Made by a program: the position numbers and the translations under genes
Part shown: in pieces, positions 19,274 to 30,730 of the stretch
Position numbering within the stretch: the stretch's first letter is position 1
Layout of the letters: the number at the start of each line of letters is the position of its first letter
From: Thermoplasmatota archaeon
GTDB lineage: Archaea; Thermoplasmatota; Thermoplasmata; UBA10834
Assembly (NCBI GenBank): GCA_040751795.1
Contig: JBFMHR010000001.1
Coordinates: 337,357 to 401,356, forward strand
DNA: 64,000 nt
Reading direction: 5' to 3'
Notes under the pieces: model-generated
What the model saw: only the letters and a program-made list of their open reading frames with translations
Databases searched by the model: none
Told to the model about the DNA's origin: nothing

Positions 19274-20668
19274 TCAGTGGTGGTGCTCCGGCTGGAAGTT
19301 CACCGGCCTGAGGGCGCCGAAGGCCCTCGCCAGCACCTCCGAGAGCGCCGGGTGTATGATCTGCGCCCTCACGAGCGGGGCGTAGGTCTGGTTCTCCGAG
19401 TACATCATGTTCACGACCTGCTGTATGAGCGTCGCGGCCTGGGGCCCGACGGCGGTGGCGCCCAGTATGCGCCTGCTCGGGTACTCGACCATGACCTTCA
19501 CGAACGCATCAGGGTCGCCGTAGGCGTAGCCCATGGCGGTGTCGGTGTACATCGCCTTCCCGACCATGGTCTTGCGCCCCTTGACCGCCTCGGCCTCCGT
19601 CATCCCGACCTGGCCCACCTGCGGGTCCGTGAAGACCGCGTGCGGCACGGCGTGGAGGTCCATGGCCATCCTCTGGGGGCTGTAGAGGTTGTGCCCCACT
19701 ATCGACGCCTGGTAGTTCGCGGTGTGCCTGTACATGTTCCTCCCGAGCGCGTCGCCGAGGGCGAATATGCCGGGCTTGGAGGTCTCCAGGAACTGGTCCG
19801 TCAGGATCCATCCTTTCTCGTCCGTCTTGACTCCGGAGTTCTCCGGCCTCAGCCAGTCGGTGTTGGGCCTGACGCCTGTCGCCACCAGGAGCTGCTTCCC
19901 GTCGACCTCCCTCTCGCCGCCCTCGGCGGGGTCCCTGATCGTGACGGAGAACGTCGTGGCCCTCTGGCTGACCGACAGCACCTCCGTCCCCGTGTGGACC
20001 TCCGCGTGCCTGGAGAGGCGGGCCTTGACGAGGGCGCTCGTCTCGGGCTCCTCGTGCGGGAGCAGGACGGGGTTCCTGCCGACGAGGACGACCTTGGTGC
20101 CTATGGCGGAGAAGAAGTGGGCGAACTCGCAGCCGATGTACCCGCCGCCGAGGATGACGATGCTCCTCGGCTGCTCCTCGATCTCGAACACGGTCCTGTA
20201 GGTGTGGTACTTGGCCCTCTCAAGGCCGGGTATGCCGGGCACGCTGGCCCTGGCCCCGGAGGCGATGACGACCTTCTTGCCACGCACGGTCTCCCCGCCG
20301 ACCTGGAGGGTGTGGTCGGAGACGAAGCTGCCAATCCCGCGGTACAGGTCGAGCCCGCGGGCGTGCTTCACCCCCTCCTCCATCTCTCTCCTGCCGTTCA
20401 GGACTATGTCCCACATCCGCCTCTTGATGGCGGGGTAGTCGACCTTCACCAGCTCCATGCTGACGCCGGCGGCGGCCGCGGCCTCGGCCTCCCTTATGGC
20501 GTCCGCCACGTGCACCAGGACCTTCGACGGTATGCATCCCCGGTTGAGGCAGGTCCCGCCGAGCGGCCCCTCCTCGACCACGGCGACCCTCTCCCCCCTC
20601 TGCAGCGGGAGGTCCACGAGGTTCATCCCCGCCCCCGACCCTATGACCACCAGGCCGTACTCCTTCAT
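19274..20668 (-). CDS. FAD-dependent pyridine nucleotide-disulfide oxidoreductase (dihydrolipoamide dehydrogenase / mercuric reductase class)
   Basis: VVIGSGAGM FAD motif, GGTCLNRGCIPSK redox-active disulfide, and a dimerisation domain. True start is MKEYGLVV (M91 of the ORF). Confidence 0.85.
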   Translation of the reverse strand: MKEYGLVVIGSGAGMNLVDLPLQRGERVAVVEEGPLGGTCLNRGCIPSKVLVHVADAIREAEAAAAAGVSMELVKVDYPAIKRRMWDIVLNGRREMEEGVKHARGLDLYRGIGSFVSDHTLQVGGETVRGKKVVIASGARASVPGIPGLERAKYHTYRTVFEIEEQPRSIVILGGGYIGCEFAHFFSAIGTKVVLVGRNPVLLPHEEPETSALVKARLSRHAEVHTGTEVLSVSQRATTFSVTIRDPAEGGEREVDGKQLLVATGVRPNTDWLRPENSGVKTDEKGWILTDQFLETSKPGIFALGDALGRNMYRHTANYQASIVGHNLYSPQRMAMDLHAVPHAVFTDPQVGQVGMTEAEAVKGRKTMVGKAMYTDTAMGYAYGDPDAFVKVMVEYPSRRILGATAVGPQAATLIQQVVNMMYSENQTYAPLVRAQIIHPALSEVLARAFGALRPVNFQPEHHH

Positions 20669-21381
20669 CTCGATCCCCGCCCTCGAAGCGCGTACGGGGG
20701 CAATAAACTTCGGGCGGACGCCCGCGCAGGCGCATCGTTTGTATAGAGGCGACGACACTACCTCGCCCGGTGACAGCGTGGGGAAGATAGAGCTGCCTAT
20801 GCCCGAGCTCGGGAGGGGGACCCAGTTCCTCAGCTCGTCCGCGGACAGGATGCAGGAGGACCTGAGGTCCAGGGTGCCGGAGAGGTTCAGGGCGTCCCTC
20901 GTCGTGAGGCCCTTCAAGAGGAGGGGCTCGACGGGCATATCCGTCGAGTACGACGACGCCGCCGAGTCGTACGTGCTGGCCGCGCTCGAGGAGAGCGCCA
21001 GGTGAGGGGGGGACAGGGCTGCCCTCGTCCCTCGAGCAGGGGAAGCGCACGGCCCCCCGGCAGCTGACCGAGAGGGAGCTCGCGATGCTCAGGACGCAGA
21101 GGGACCGGCAGGAGCGCTACATAAGGACGGCCCACTTCGTCCAGTCCAAGTGGTTCATGGTCGGCGGGGCGGTGGGCATAGCCCTGTTCTTGCTGATGAT
21201 AATACTGCTGGCGAGGTAGGCCTCACCTCTTCTTGTGGAGGGGGCAGGGGTAGCCCAGCCTGCAATACCTGCACTTCTCCGCCTTGACCGGAGCGATGGC
21301 CTTCCTCATGCGTCCGTACTTGCGCCTCGGCATGTCCCCGACGGGTGAGCGACCAGCGGTTAGATAAGAGCGACGGTCGGC

Positions 21382-23532
21382 TCAGCCCGACCTGGGGAGG
21401 AGCATGTTGAAGACGCACCCCTTGGACGGGTCCCTGGGCACTATGTCCGAGACCCACATCTTCCCGGAGTAGCGGTCCACTATGCTCTTGGCGGCGGCGA
21501 GGCCTATCCCGAAGCCGCCCGTGAGCTCCGAGCGCGAGCGCTTGGTCATCCTGAGCACCTCCCGCTTGAGGGCGTCCGGGACGGACCTGCCCGGGTCCTC
21601 CACCCTGACGAGCCACATGTCCCTCCGGCCCTCCTTCTGCTCCTCCGCAGAGACGGACATCCTGGTCTCCGGCCTCTTGGACGACCTCGACGCCGTCACG
21701 AAGAGGTTGACGAAGGCGTCCTTGAGCAGGGGGTCCGCGGTGACGAGGACCGGGCCCTGGGGGAGCGTCACGGTCACCTCTATCGGCCGGCCGGGGCTCC
21801 TGGCCCGCGCCTCGGCCACCGCCCCGTCCAGCACCTGGCGGAGGTCCGTCCTGGCGAGCTGGGGCAGGGCGTTCTCCCTCAGCCTGGCGAGGGTGCGGAC
21901 CGTGTCGACCAGGTAGACTATGTTGTCCACCTGGGAGTAGGCCTTCTCGACGGCCTGGGCGACCTCCGGGTCGAGGGTCTTCATCGCCCTGAGGGACTCG
22001 ATGTAGGCCATCACCGGGGTGGTGTAGTTCGCTATGTCGTGGGTGAGGAGGTCCATGTGCAGCTGCACCTGGTCCCTGGTGCTCGACACCTCGCCCAGCA
22101 GCCGGGCGTTCTCGACGGCCACGGCCGCGTGGTTTGCGAACATCGTGGCGACCTCCAGGTCCTCCTTCGTGAACACGTCCGGGGGGTACTTGAGGAGCTC
22201 CACGACCCCCAGCACCTCCTTCTTGCCCAGAATGGGCACCGCGAGCATCCGCGAGTGCGTCGCCGGCGTGCCGGGGATGTAGGAGCCCCGCCCGTCCTCC
22301 TCGGTGTCGAGGATTATCTCGGCCCTCTTCGTCCTGGCGACGTGGCCGACGTACCCCTCCTCCGCGGGGAAGTCCCTGTCCCCCATGACCTCGGAGGCGT
22401 AGGGGCCCGTGGCGTAGACCGGGTTCCCCACCTTCCTCGGCCAGTCGAACATGTAGAAGGCGAGCTCGTTGCACGGGATGAGCTCGGCCATCTTCTCCGA
22501 CACGATCCTGTAGATCTCGGAGCTCTCGATCTCCTTCTGGAGGTCCGCGGCCGTCTCTATGAGGGCGGTCTGCGCCCTCGACCTTATGCTGAGCTTCTCG
22601 AAGAGCTCGACGTTCTCCATGATCCTGACTATGTCCGCCCCGAAGTCCTCCGCGATGCTGACCTCGTCAGGGGTGAAGGGCGTCGGGCCGGAGGTGTCGC
22701 CTATGAACATGACCCCCAGGCGGGCGTCGCCCCTCAGGAGCGGCACGACCATGCAGTGGTCGAAGGACATCTGGCCCAGGATCTTCCTCTTCTGCCCGGC
22801 CGACCACGCGGGCGAGATGCACGTCCTCGGGGAGAGGTGCTCGAGCGCCTCCGCGGCCAGCGGGAACGAGTTCAGGAACATCCTGGAGTCCCTCGATATG
22901 GCCACCCCCTTCGCGGAGCAGCCTATGCACATGAGCTCCCCGGTGTCGGGGAGGTACCTGAAGACGGAGACGAAGTCGGCGTCGAAGTAGTCCATGGCGT
23001 TCCTGCAGAACATGGCGAAGGACTGCTCGAGCTCCGACCTGTCCCCGGGGCTGCACGAGAGGCACTTGAGCAGGATCGCCTGCATCTGGAGGTGCTCCTC
23101 CATGAGGAGGGCGATCTCCTCTATGCCCGCGTCCACGGCGAATGACGCCACCCTCCTGGCGCCGGTGGTGTTGGCGTCCGGGACCCTCTCCTGGACGAAG
23201 TCCACGAGTATCCGCCTCAGGATGAGCTGGTTGGCGATGACCCTGCTGAGGTCCATGGTCCTGAGGTGCTCGGACCTGATGACGCTCCGGAGGACCTCCC
23301 TGTTCTTCCTCGACGATGGGTCCTCCACGGAGTCCATGAGCGCGAGCAGGTAGGTCCTGAGCCTCTCCGCCCTCACCTGCGGGGCGGCGACCGACTCCGA
23401 CACGCGCGCGAACGGGACCCTGCCGACCTCGGCGGCCCACCGCTCGACGATGGCCGGCGCCTCGTCCCTGATGAGCCTGATGACCTTCGAGTCCGCGGGC
23501 CCGTTGACCACGGGCCCACGGGATGGATGCAC
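21382..23532 (-). CDS. sensor histidine kinase with GAF domains
   Basis: H-box LTHDIANYTTP and HATPase_c motifs (GGFGIGLAAAKSIV). Two GAF-like regions lie upstream. Confidence 0.85.
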   Translation of the reverse strand: MHPSRGPVVNGPADSKVIRLIRDEAPAIVERWAAEVGRVPFARVSESVAAPQVRAERLRTYLLALMDSVEDPSSRKNREVLRSVIRSEHLRTMDLSRVIANQLILRRILVDFVQERVPDANTTGARRVASFAVDAGIEEIALLMEEHLQMQAILLKCLSCSPGDRSELEQSFAMFCRNAMDYFDADFVSVFRYLPDTGELMCIGCSAKGVAISRDSRMFLNSFPLAAEALEHLSPRTCISPAWSAGQKRKILGQMSFDHCMVVPLLRGDARLGVMFIGDTSGPTPFTPDEVSIAEDFGADIVRIMENVELFEKLSIRSRAQTALIETAADLQKEIESSEIYRIVSEKMAELIPCNELAFYMFDWPRKVGNPVYATGPYASEVMGDRDFPAEEGYVGHVARTKRAEIILDTEEDGRGSYIPGTPATHSRMLAVPILGKKEVLGVVELLKYPPDVFTKEDLEVATMFANHAAVAVENARLLGEVSSTRDQVQLHMDLLTHDIANYTTPVMAYIESLRAMKTLDPEVAQAVEKAYSQVDNIVYLVDTVRTLARLRENALPQLARTDLRQVLDGAVAEARARSPGRPIEVTVTLPQGPVLVTADPLLKDAFVNLFVTASRSSKRPETRMSVSAEEQKEGRRDMWLVRVEDPGRSVPDALKREVLRMTKRSRSELTGGFGIGLAAAKSIVDRYSGKMWVSDIVPRDPSKGCVFNMLLPRSG

Positions 23533-23734
23533 TGCCGTGGAAGTACCCTCCAGCCTGAGCGGCTACGACCTCCTCAATATGCCCTTGCGGGTTCAAAAAC
23601 GCTTTGCCCTCGGAACGGGCCTCCCCCGGGCCCCCCGCGCGGCGCGGCCAGCACCCCCGGACAATGGGAGGTTTTAGGTCGAATAGCCTTATATTTCGGC
23701 ACCCGATAGCGACGTCCCGGAGTTGTGCCTACCA

Positions 23735-24757
23735 ATGACAACCCAACACGCTTCGGTCAAGACCCTGCTCCTCACGGGGAAGCAGGTCAAGAAGCTCCTT
23801 GATATGAAGGACGTGCTCGGCGCGGTCGAGGACGCCTTCAAGCACAAGGGGCTAGGCAAGGTGCAGATGCCCCCAAAGGTGTACCTCTTCTACGAGAAGT
23901 TCGACGGGGACCTGCGGACGATGCCCTCGTACGTCGAGGACATGGACGTCTCGGCGGTGAAGATCGTCAACGTGCACCCGCAGAACGCGAAGAACTACGG
24001 CATGAGGACCGTCATGGCCCTCCTGGTGCTCATCAACCCGCACACGGGGGCGCCCCTGGCGGTCATGGACGCGACCCACGTCACGGACATGAGGACCGGA
24101 GGGGCGAGCGCGATCGCCTCCAAGTACCTGGCGAGGCCGAACCCGAAGGTCGTCGGCATCATAGGCGCGGGGAACCAGGCGAGGACGCAGATGCTCGCGC
24201 TCCTGACCCAGTTCGGGCACTTCGACGAGGTCAGGGTGTTCGACATGTACCCTGAGAAGACGAAGGCGCTCGTGAGGGAGTTCAGGAGGCACTACAAGGA
24301 CAGGGTCGGCAAGTTCGCGGTCGCGAAGGAGGCCAAGGCCGCCGTCGTGGACTCGGACATAGTGGTCACGTGCACATCCGCGAGGTCGCCCATAGTGATG
24401 GACGAGTGGGTGAAGGACGGGACCCACTTCTGCTGCATAGGCGCCGACGCGCCGGGGAAGCAGGAGATGGACCCCAGGATACTCAAGAGGGGCCGCCTCG
24501 TCATAGACGACTGGGAGCAGGCGTCGCACTCCGGCGAGATCAACGTCCCGCTGGCGAAGGGCGAGCTCGTGCGCGAGGACGTCAACGCCGAGATAGGCGA
24601 GGTCGTCGCGGGGCTCAAGCCGGGCAGGGAGAACGACGAGCAGGTCACCATATTCTGCTCGACCGGGCTCGCGGTCCAGGACTGCCTCACGGCCAAGATC
24701 GTCTACGACCACGCCGTCAACCAGAAGGTCGGCAGGTCGATGCAGATCGTCCTCTGA
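23735..24757 (+). CDS. ornithine cyclodeaminase / mu-crystallin family protein (archaeal alanine dehydrogenase-like)
   Basis: GIIGAGNQA Rossmann motif and the OCD_Mu_crystall family layout. Confidence 0.85.
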   Translation: MTTQHASVKTLLLTGKQVKKLLDMKDVLGAVEDAFKHKGLGKVQMPPKVYLFYEKFDGDLRTMPSYVEDMDVSAVKIVNVHPQNAKNYGMRTVMALLVLINPHTGAPLAVMDATHVTDMRTGGASAIASKYLARPNPKVVGIIGAGNQARTQMLALLTQFGHFDEVRVFDMYPEKTKALVREFRRHYKDRVGKFAVAKEAKAAVVDSDIVVTCTSARSPIVMDEWVKDGTHFCCIGADAPGKQEMDPRILKRGRLVIDDWEQASHSGEINVPLAKGELVREDVNAEIGEVVAGLKPGRENDEQVTIFCSTGLAVQDCLTAKIVYDHAVNQKVGRSMQIVL

Positions 24758-24851
24758 GGCGCCCGAGAGGGCCGAGCCCTCCCCAAACCCCCAACCCCTT
24801 CCCCATCTTCTCCTCCCGCGCCCAGGTCGGCACCGCCCTGCCAACGGTTAA

Positions 24852-26102
24852 GTGCACGCCACGCCATACGAGGCGGGGGGCATGCGAGCGCGCACGGGGA
24901 GTTATCGAGAGGGCACTCATGGCCCCCTGGATGACATCGAAGGGGGAATAGGATTGGCACGGAGATCGATCGGACTAGTCGCAGCCCTGCTGGTGGCGAT
25001 GCCGTCGCTGCTGCTGGCTGCGCCAGCTGGTGCGGAGATCGTGCCGGACATGTGGACCGTCATGGTGTACATGGACGGCGACAACAACCTCGAGGCCGCG
25101 ACTGTGACGGACCTCGGGGAGATGATGGTGGCTGGGTCCACGGCGGACGTCAACATCGTGGTCCTCGTCGACACGCTCGACGGGCCCGCGGAGCTCGTCT
25201 ACGTGAACCAGGGGAGCACGACCACTGTCGCGGCCTGGGGCGAGGTCAACATGGGTGACCCCGCGACGCTGCAGGCGTTCATCGCCCAGTCGGCCGCGCT
25301 GTACCCGGCGGAGAACTACGTGCTCGACTTCTGGGACCACGGCGGGGGCATCATGGGCATATGCTGGGACGACACGTCCGGCTCGGACAAGCTGACCATG
25401 ACCGAGGTCAGGTCCGCGGTCGTCGGCGCGGGGGTCGTGATGGACGTCGTGATGTTCGACGCGTGCGACATGGCCCAGGCGGAGGTGGCCCACCTGTTCC
25501 AGGGCTACGCGGACTACGCCGTCTTCAGCCAGGAGACGATGTGGGGGCAGGGGTTCCCGTACGACGCCATACTCACGAGGCTCGTCGCGGAGCCGACCAT
25601 GACGGACAGGGCCTACGCGCTGATCGTCGGCGAGGAGTTCACAGTGTTCTACGACGCACTGGGCTGGAACCTGTGCACCATCAGCGTCTACGACATGTCG
25701 TACCTGACGGCGGTGTCGGGGTCCGTGGGCACGCTCGCGAGCGGGATGAGGGCGACGATGAGCACGGCCTACAAGACCTACAAGGCCTGCAGGCTGAGCG
25801 CGGAGGAGGCCGCCGGGGCGGTCGACCTGAAGGGCTTCGCGCAGCTCGTCGCGGCGAACTCGAAGGTGAGCACGTCCGTGAGGAGCGCCGCGGCCGCGGT
25901 GGTGACCGCCGTCGCCGGGGCCATCATCTACGAGTGGCACTCGGACGACTGCGACGGGATGAACGGGCTCGGGATATGGTTCCCGGTGAGCTCCGTGTCC
26001 TACTACTGGAGCCCGACCGTGGAGACCATGTACAGGGCGATGCCGTTCGACGCGGCGACGCACTGGGCGGACCTCCTCGACTCCTACTACGCGAAGGCGT
26101 GA
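24852..26102 (+). CDS. secreted clostripain-like cysteine peptidase (family C11), copy 1
   Basis: Signal peptide (...LLVAMPSLLLAAPAGA), MDGDNNLE, catalytic WDHGGG and MFDACDM motifs. The start may be an internal TTG/ATG (24882-24951). Confidence 0.8.
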   Translation: MHATPYEAGGMRARTGSYREGTHGPLDDIEGGIGLARRSIGLVAALLVAMPSLLLAAPAGAEIVPDMWTVMVYMDGDNNLEAATVTDLGEMMVAGSTADVNIVVLVDTLDGPAELVYVNQGSTTTVAAWGEVNMGDPATLQAFIAQSAALYPAENYVLDFWDHGGGIMGICWDDTSGSDKLTMTEVRSAVVGAGVVMDVVMFDACDMAQAEVAHLFQGYADYAVFSQETMWGQGFPYDAILTRLVAEPTMTDRAYALIVGEEFTVFYDALGWNLCTISVYDMSYLTAVSGSVGTLASGMRATMSTAYKTYKACRLSAEEAAGAVDLKGFAQLVAANSKVSTSVRSAAAAVVTAVAGAIIYEWHSDDCDGMNGLGIWFPVSSVSYYWSPTVETMYRAMPFDAATHWADLLDSYYAKA

Positions 26103-26135
26103 GGGGGAGCCGGAGGAGCCCGTGAAACGCCAAAC

Positions 26136-26172
26136 CCGGGGAGGCACGACGCCTCCCCGGAGTTGTTTCTTC
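26136..26172 (+). terminator. 10-bp perfect hairpin (CCGGGGAGGC-acgac-GCCTCCCCGG) followed by a T-rich tract
   Basis: Directly downstream of the C11 peptidase copy 1 stop. Confidence 0.35.
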
Positions 26173-26329
26173 CCCCCGGCCGCGAGCGCGGAAGACGGGG
26201 GGTCAGTGGCGCTGTGCCTCGGCAACGGTTAATACCCTGTTATATGATACTGACCGAGCCCTGCGGGCGCCCCGGAGGGGCCTCTGCCGGGCGAGCGTAT
26301 AGGGGGGCTTCTGACTGAGGAGAACGTAC

Positions 26330-27463
26330 ATGGGCCTTGCGGCCCTGCTGATGATACTGCCCGCGCTGGCGCTGTCCGCGCCGGCGAAGGCGGTCGACGT
26401 GCCGAACGAATGGACCGTGATGGTATACATGGACGGGGACAACAACGTCGAGTCCTACGCCCTGGCCGACCTGGCCGAGCTCGAGTTCGTGGGGTCCAGC
26501 ACCGACGTCGACTTCGTCGTGCTGCTAGACACCTACGGCGAGGGGGCGAACCTCCTCCACGTCGAGTACCCGGCCTCGACCGTCGTCGAGCCCTGGGGCG
26601 AGCCCGACATGGGCGACCCTGCCACGCTCACGCGCTTCATTGACACGGCCGAGGCAGCCTACCCGGCCGAGAGGTACGCGCTCGTGATGTGGGACCACGG
26701 CGGCGGCATACGCGGACTCTGCTGGGACGACGACAACGGCGGCGACTACCTGACCATGGCCGAGTACAGGCAGGGGCTTGTCGGCGGGGGCGTGTCCTTC
26801 GACCTGATCGTGCTCAACGCCTGCGTCATGGCCACGGCCGAGATAGCCCACCAGATGGTGGACTACGCGGACTACGTGGTCTTCAGCCAGGAGAACATGT
26901 ACGCGGTCGGGTTCCCGTACGACGACGTCGCTGGGAGCCTCGTCCAGACGCCCACGATGGACGCGAGGGACTTCGCCCAGATGATGGCCGACCACTACGT
27001 CGTGCAGTTCCAGGCCCTCGGGTGGGACGGCGTCACCATAAGCATCTACGACATGGCCCGGGTGGACGCGGTGGCCTCCGCGGTCAACGCCTTCGGCAGC
27101 GCCCAGAGGGCCACGATGGCGCAGTACTACATGGAGTACAAGACGCTGAGGAAGCTGACGCCCGCGCCCAACAACGCGGCGGACCTCATCGGCTACGCGA
27201 CCAAGGTCAGGGACAGCGCCGTCATCACCGACCCGGCGGTCAAGGCCTCCGCGCAGGCCGTGATCGACGCCGCCTCCGCGGCCATCGTGTTCGAGTGGGG
27301 CTCGGAGGACGTCGCGGACGAGACCGGCCTCGGGATCTGGTTCCCGACGAAGTCGGTCAAGTACTACTGGGGCGACTCGTACGAGGCCCTGTACAGGGGC
27401 CTCGTCTTCGACGGGGCCGCCCACTGGGCGGACTTCCTGGACACCTACTACAACAAGGGGTGA
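26330..27463 (+). CDS. secreted clostripain-like cysteine peptidase (family C11), copy 2
   Basis: Same motifs (MDGDNNVE, WDHGGG, LNACVM). Paralog of copy 1. Confidence 0.8.
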   Translation: MGLAALLMILPALALSAPAKAVDVPNEWTVMVYMDGDNNVESYALADLAELEFVGSSTDVDFVVLLDTYGEGANLLHVEYPASTVVEPWGEPDMGDPATLTRFIDTAEAAYPAERYALVMWDHGGGIRGLCWDDDNGGDYLTMAEYRQGLVGGGVSFDLIVLNACVMATAEIAHQMVDYADYVVFSQENMYAVGFPYDDVAGSLVQTPTMDARDFAQMMADHYVVQFQALGWDGVTISIYDMARVDAVASAVNAFGSAQRATMAQYYMEYKTLRKLTPAPNNAADLIGYATKVRDSAVITDPAVKASAQAVIDAASAAIVFEWGSEDVADETGLGIWFPTKSVKYYWGDSYEALYRGLVFDGAAHWADFLDTYYNKG

Positions 27464-27523
27464 ACGGGCCCTCCGGCCGCAAACACCTTCCACCAAACCC
27501 CAAGTCCCTTTTCAACGCATGGC

Positions 27524-29019
<1,496 letters not shown>

Positions 29020-29136
29020 CCGGGCCTGTGCGGGGAGGGGGCGCACCCGCGCCTGTTCGGGCGAGGCATGATTACCCCGGTCATGCGATTTCCCCCCCAG
29101 GCATAGGAGGGGTTCGTTCTGGCTGACACAAAAGAT

Positions 29137-29889
29137 GTGAGGTTCAAGAAGCTGAAGGATTTCAACATGGTGATGGGCTTTCTGCACCTGTTCCAGGGCG
29201 CGCTGATGCTGGTGCTGTGGCCGCCCTACGACGCCTCGGTGTACACCCGCTTCTTCGGGGTGGAGGACGGGGCCCCCGTGGTCGTCGAGGACCTGCTTGT
29301 GAAGATCCCGTTCGCGCCGATGGTGGCGTCGTTCCTGTTCGTCTCCGCCATAGCTCACTTCTCGCTGTCGACCTTCGCCAACAGGTGGTACGTCGAGAAC
29401 CTGAGCAAGGGGATGAACCCGGCCAGGTGGCTCGAGTACTCGATAAGCTCGTCGATCATGATCGTGCTGATCGCGTTCCTCGTCGGCATAGACGAGCTGG
29501 CGAGCCTGCTGCTGATCTTCACCCTGAACGCCACCATGAACCTGTTCGGCTGGATGATGGAGCTGCACAACCAGACCACGAAGAGGACCGACTGGACCGC
29601 CTACATATTCGGGTGCATCGCGGGCTTCGTCCCGTGGCTCGTCCTGGGCATCTACTTCTTCGGGGCGATACTGCAGAGCACCGACTCGGTGCCGACCTTC
29701 GTGTACGCGATATTCTTCATCCTGGCGGCGTTCTTCAACGTGTTCGCCATCAACATGGTGCTGCAGTACCGCGCCAAGGGGAGGTGGGCCGACTACCTCT
29801 ACGGCGAGAGGGTGTACATCATCCTCAGCCTGACGGCGAAGTCCGCCCTCGCGTGGCTGGTCTTCGGCGGGACATACAGGTTCACGTGA
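29137..29889 (+). CDS. heliorhodopsin
   Basis: 250 aa, 7 TM. Near-identical blocks to characterised heliorhodopsins: FNMVMGFLHLFQ, RWLEYSISSSIMIVLIA, NATMNLFGW, FGCIAGFVPW, YGERVYIILSLTAKSALAW (Schiff-base Lys). Confidence 0.85.
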   Translation: MRFKKLKDFNMVMGFLHLFQGALMLVLWPPYDASVYTRFFGVEDGAPVVVEDLLVKIPFAPMVASFLFVSAIAHFSLSTFANRWYVENLSKGMNPARWLEYSISSSIMIVLIAFLVGIDELASLLLIFTLNATMNLFGWMMELHNQTTKRTDWTAYIFGCIAGFVPWLVLGIYFFGAILQSTDSVPTFVYAIFFILAAFFNVFAINMVLQYRAKGRWADYLYGERVYIILSLTAKSALAWLVFGGTYRFT

Positions 29890-29944
29890 CCGGCCCGGGC
29901 GCCCAAACCCATTCACCAAACCCCTCATTCTCATCACAAGTGTT

Positions 29945-30730
29945 TTGGACGCCCACGCCGCTGCAGGTGCGATGGCCTGGACGCAGAAGGAGATGGACCG
30001 GCAGCTGTCGAGGCAGTCCATGTGGCTCAGGGAGTCCTGGATGTGGCTCCTGGAGCAGAGGGTACTCAAGGGTTGGAGGGGCCACCACAGGCCGACGGCC
30101 CTGGACGTGGGCTGCGGGCCCGGACACGTGATGGAGGCGCTGTGGGAGCTCCTGGACGTCCACGGCCTGGACATCGACCCCGCCGCCGTCGAGGAGGCCA
30201 AGGGGAGGGGCCTGGACGCGAGGGAGGGGGACGCGCACTCGTTGCCGTATGCGGACGGCTCATTCGACATCGTGTACTGCTCGTTCCTGCTACTCTGGGT
30301 GAAGGGACCGGCCAAGGCCCTGTCCGAGATGGCCCGCGTCTCCAGGGACTGGGTCGTGTGCCTTGCCGAGCCGGACCTCGGGGCCAGGATCGACTACCCC
30401 GAGGAGCTCGCGCCCGTCGCCAGGATGGTCGCGGACGGTGTCAGGGCGGAGGGCGGGGACCCCCTCATGGGGCGGAAGCTGAGGTCGGTGTTCCGGTCGG
30501 CTGGCCTGGACGCCGACATAGGGGTGCACCCCGGAGTCTGGGGGGTCGAGAAGCTGAGGGAGGAGTCCGAGGCGGAGTGGAGGTACCTTGAGCTCACGGC
30601 CGGCGACGCGGGGAGTTCCGAGGCGCTCGCCCGGCTGAGGCCCGTGTGGGACCGCGCGGTCCGCGACGGGACCCTATTCCAGCACAGCCCTGTGTTCTAC
30701 GCGTTCGCAAGGAAGCCGTCACATGGATGA
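29945..30730 (+). CDS. class I SAM-dependent methyltransferase
   Basis: LDVGCGPG motif I. The start may be M10 (29972). Confidence 0.75.
   Translation: MDAHAAAGAMAWTQKEMDRQLSRQSMWLRESWMWLLEQRVLKGWRGHHRPTALDVGCGPGHVMEALWELLDVHGLDIDPAAVEEAKGRGLDAREGDAHSLPYADGSFDIVYCSFLLLWVKGPAKALSEMARVSRDWVVCLAEPDLGARIDYPEELAPVARMVADGVRAEGGDPLMGRKLRSVFRSAGLDADIGVHPGVWGVEKLREESEAEWRYLELTAGDAGSSEALARLRPVWDRAVRDGTLFQHSPVFYAFARKPSHG

Noticed and set aside
18416-20746. 776-aa plus-strand ORF
   Set aside because: Antisense to MsrA and the FAD disulfide oxidoreductase. Arg/Gly/Pro-rich with no motifs.
21223-21333. Assignment of the 36-aa basic ORF as ribosomal protein L40e
   Set aside because: The sequence does not match archaeal L40e/S27ae/L37e patterns I can recall. 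It is left as an unassigned zinc-knuckle micro-ORF.
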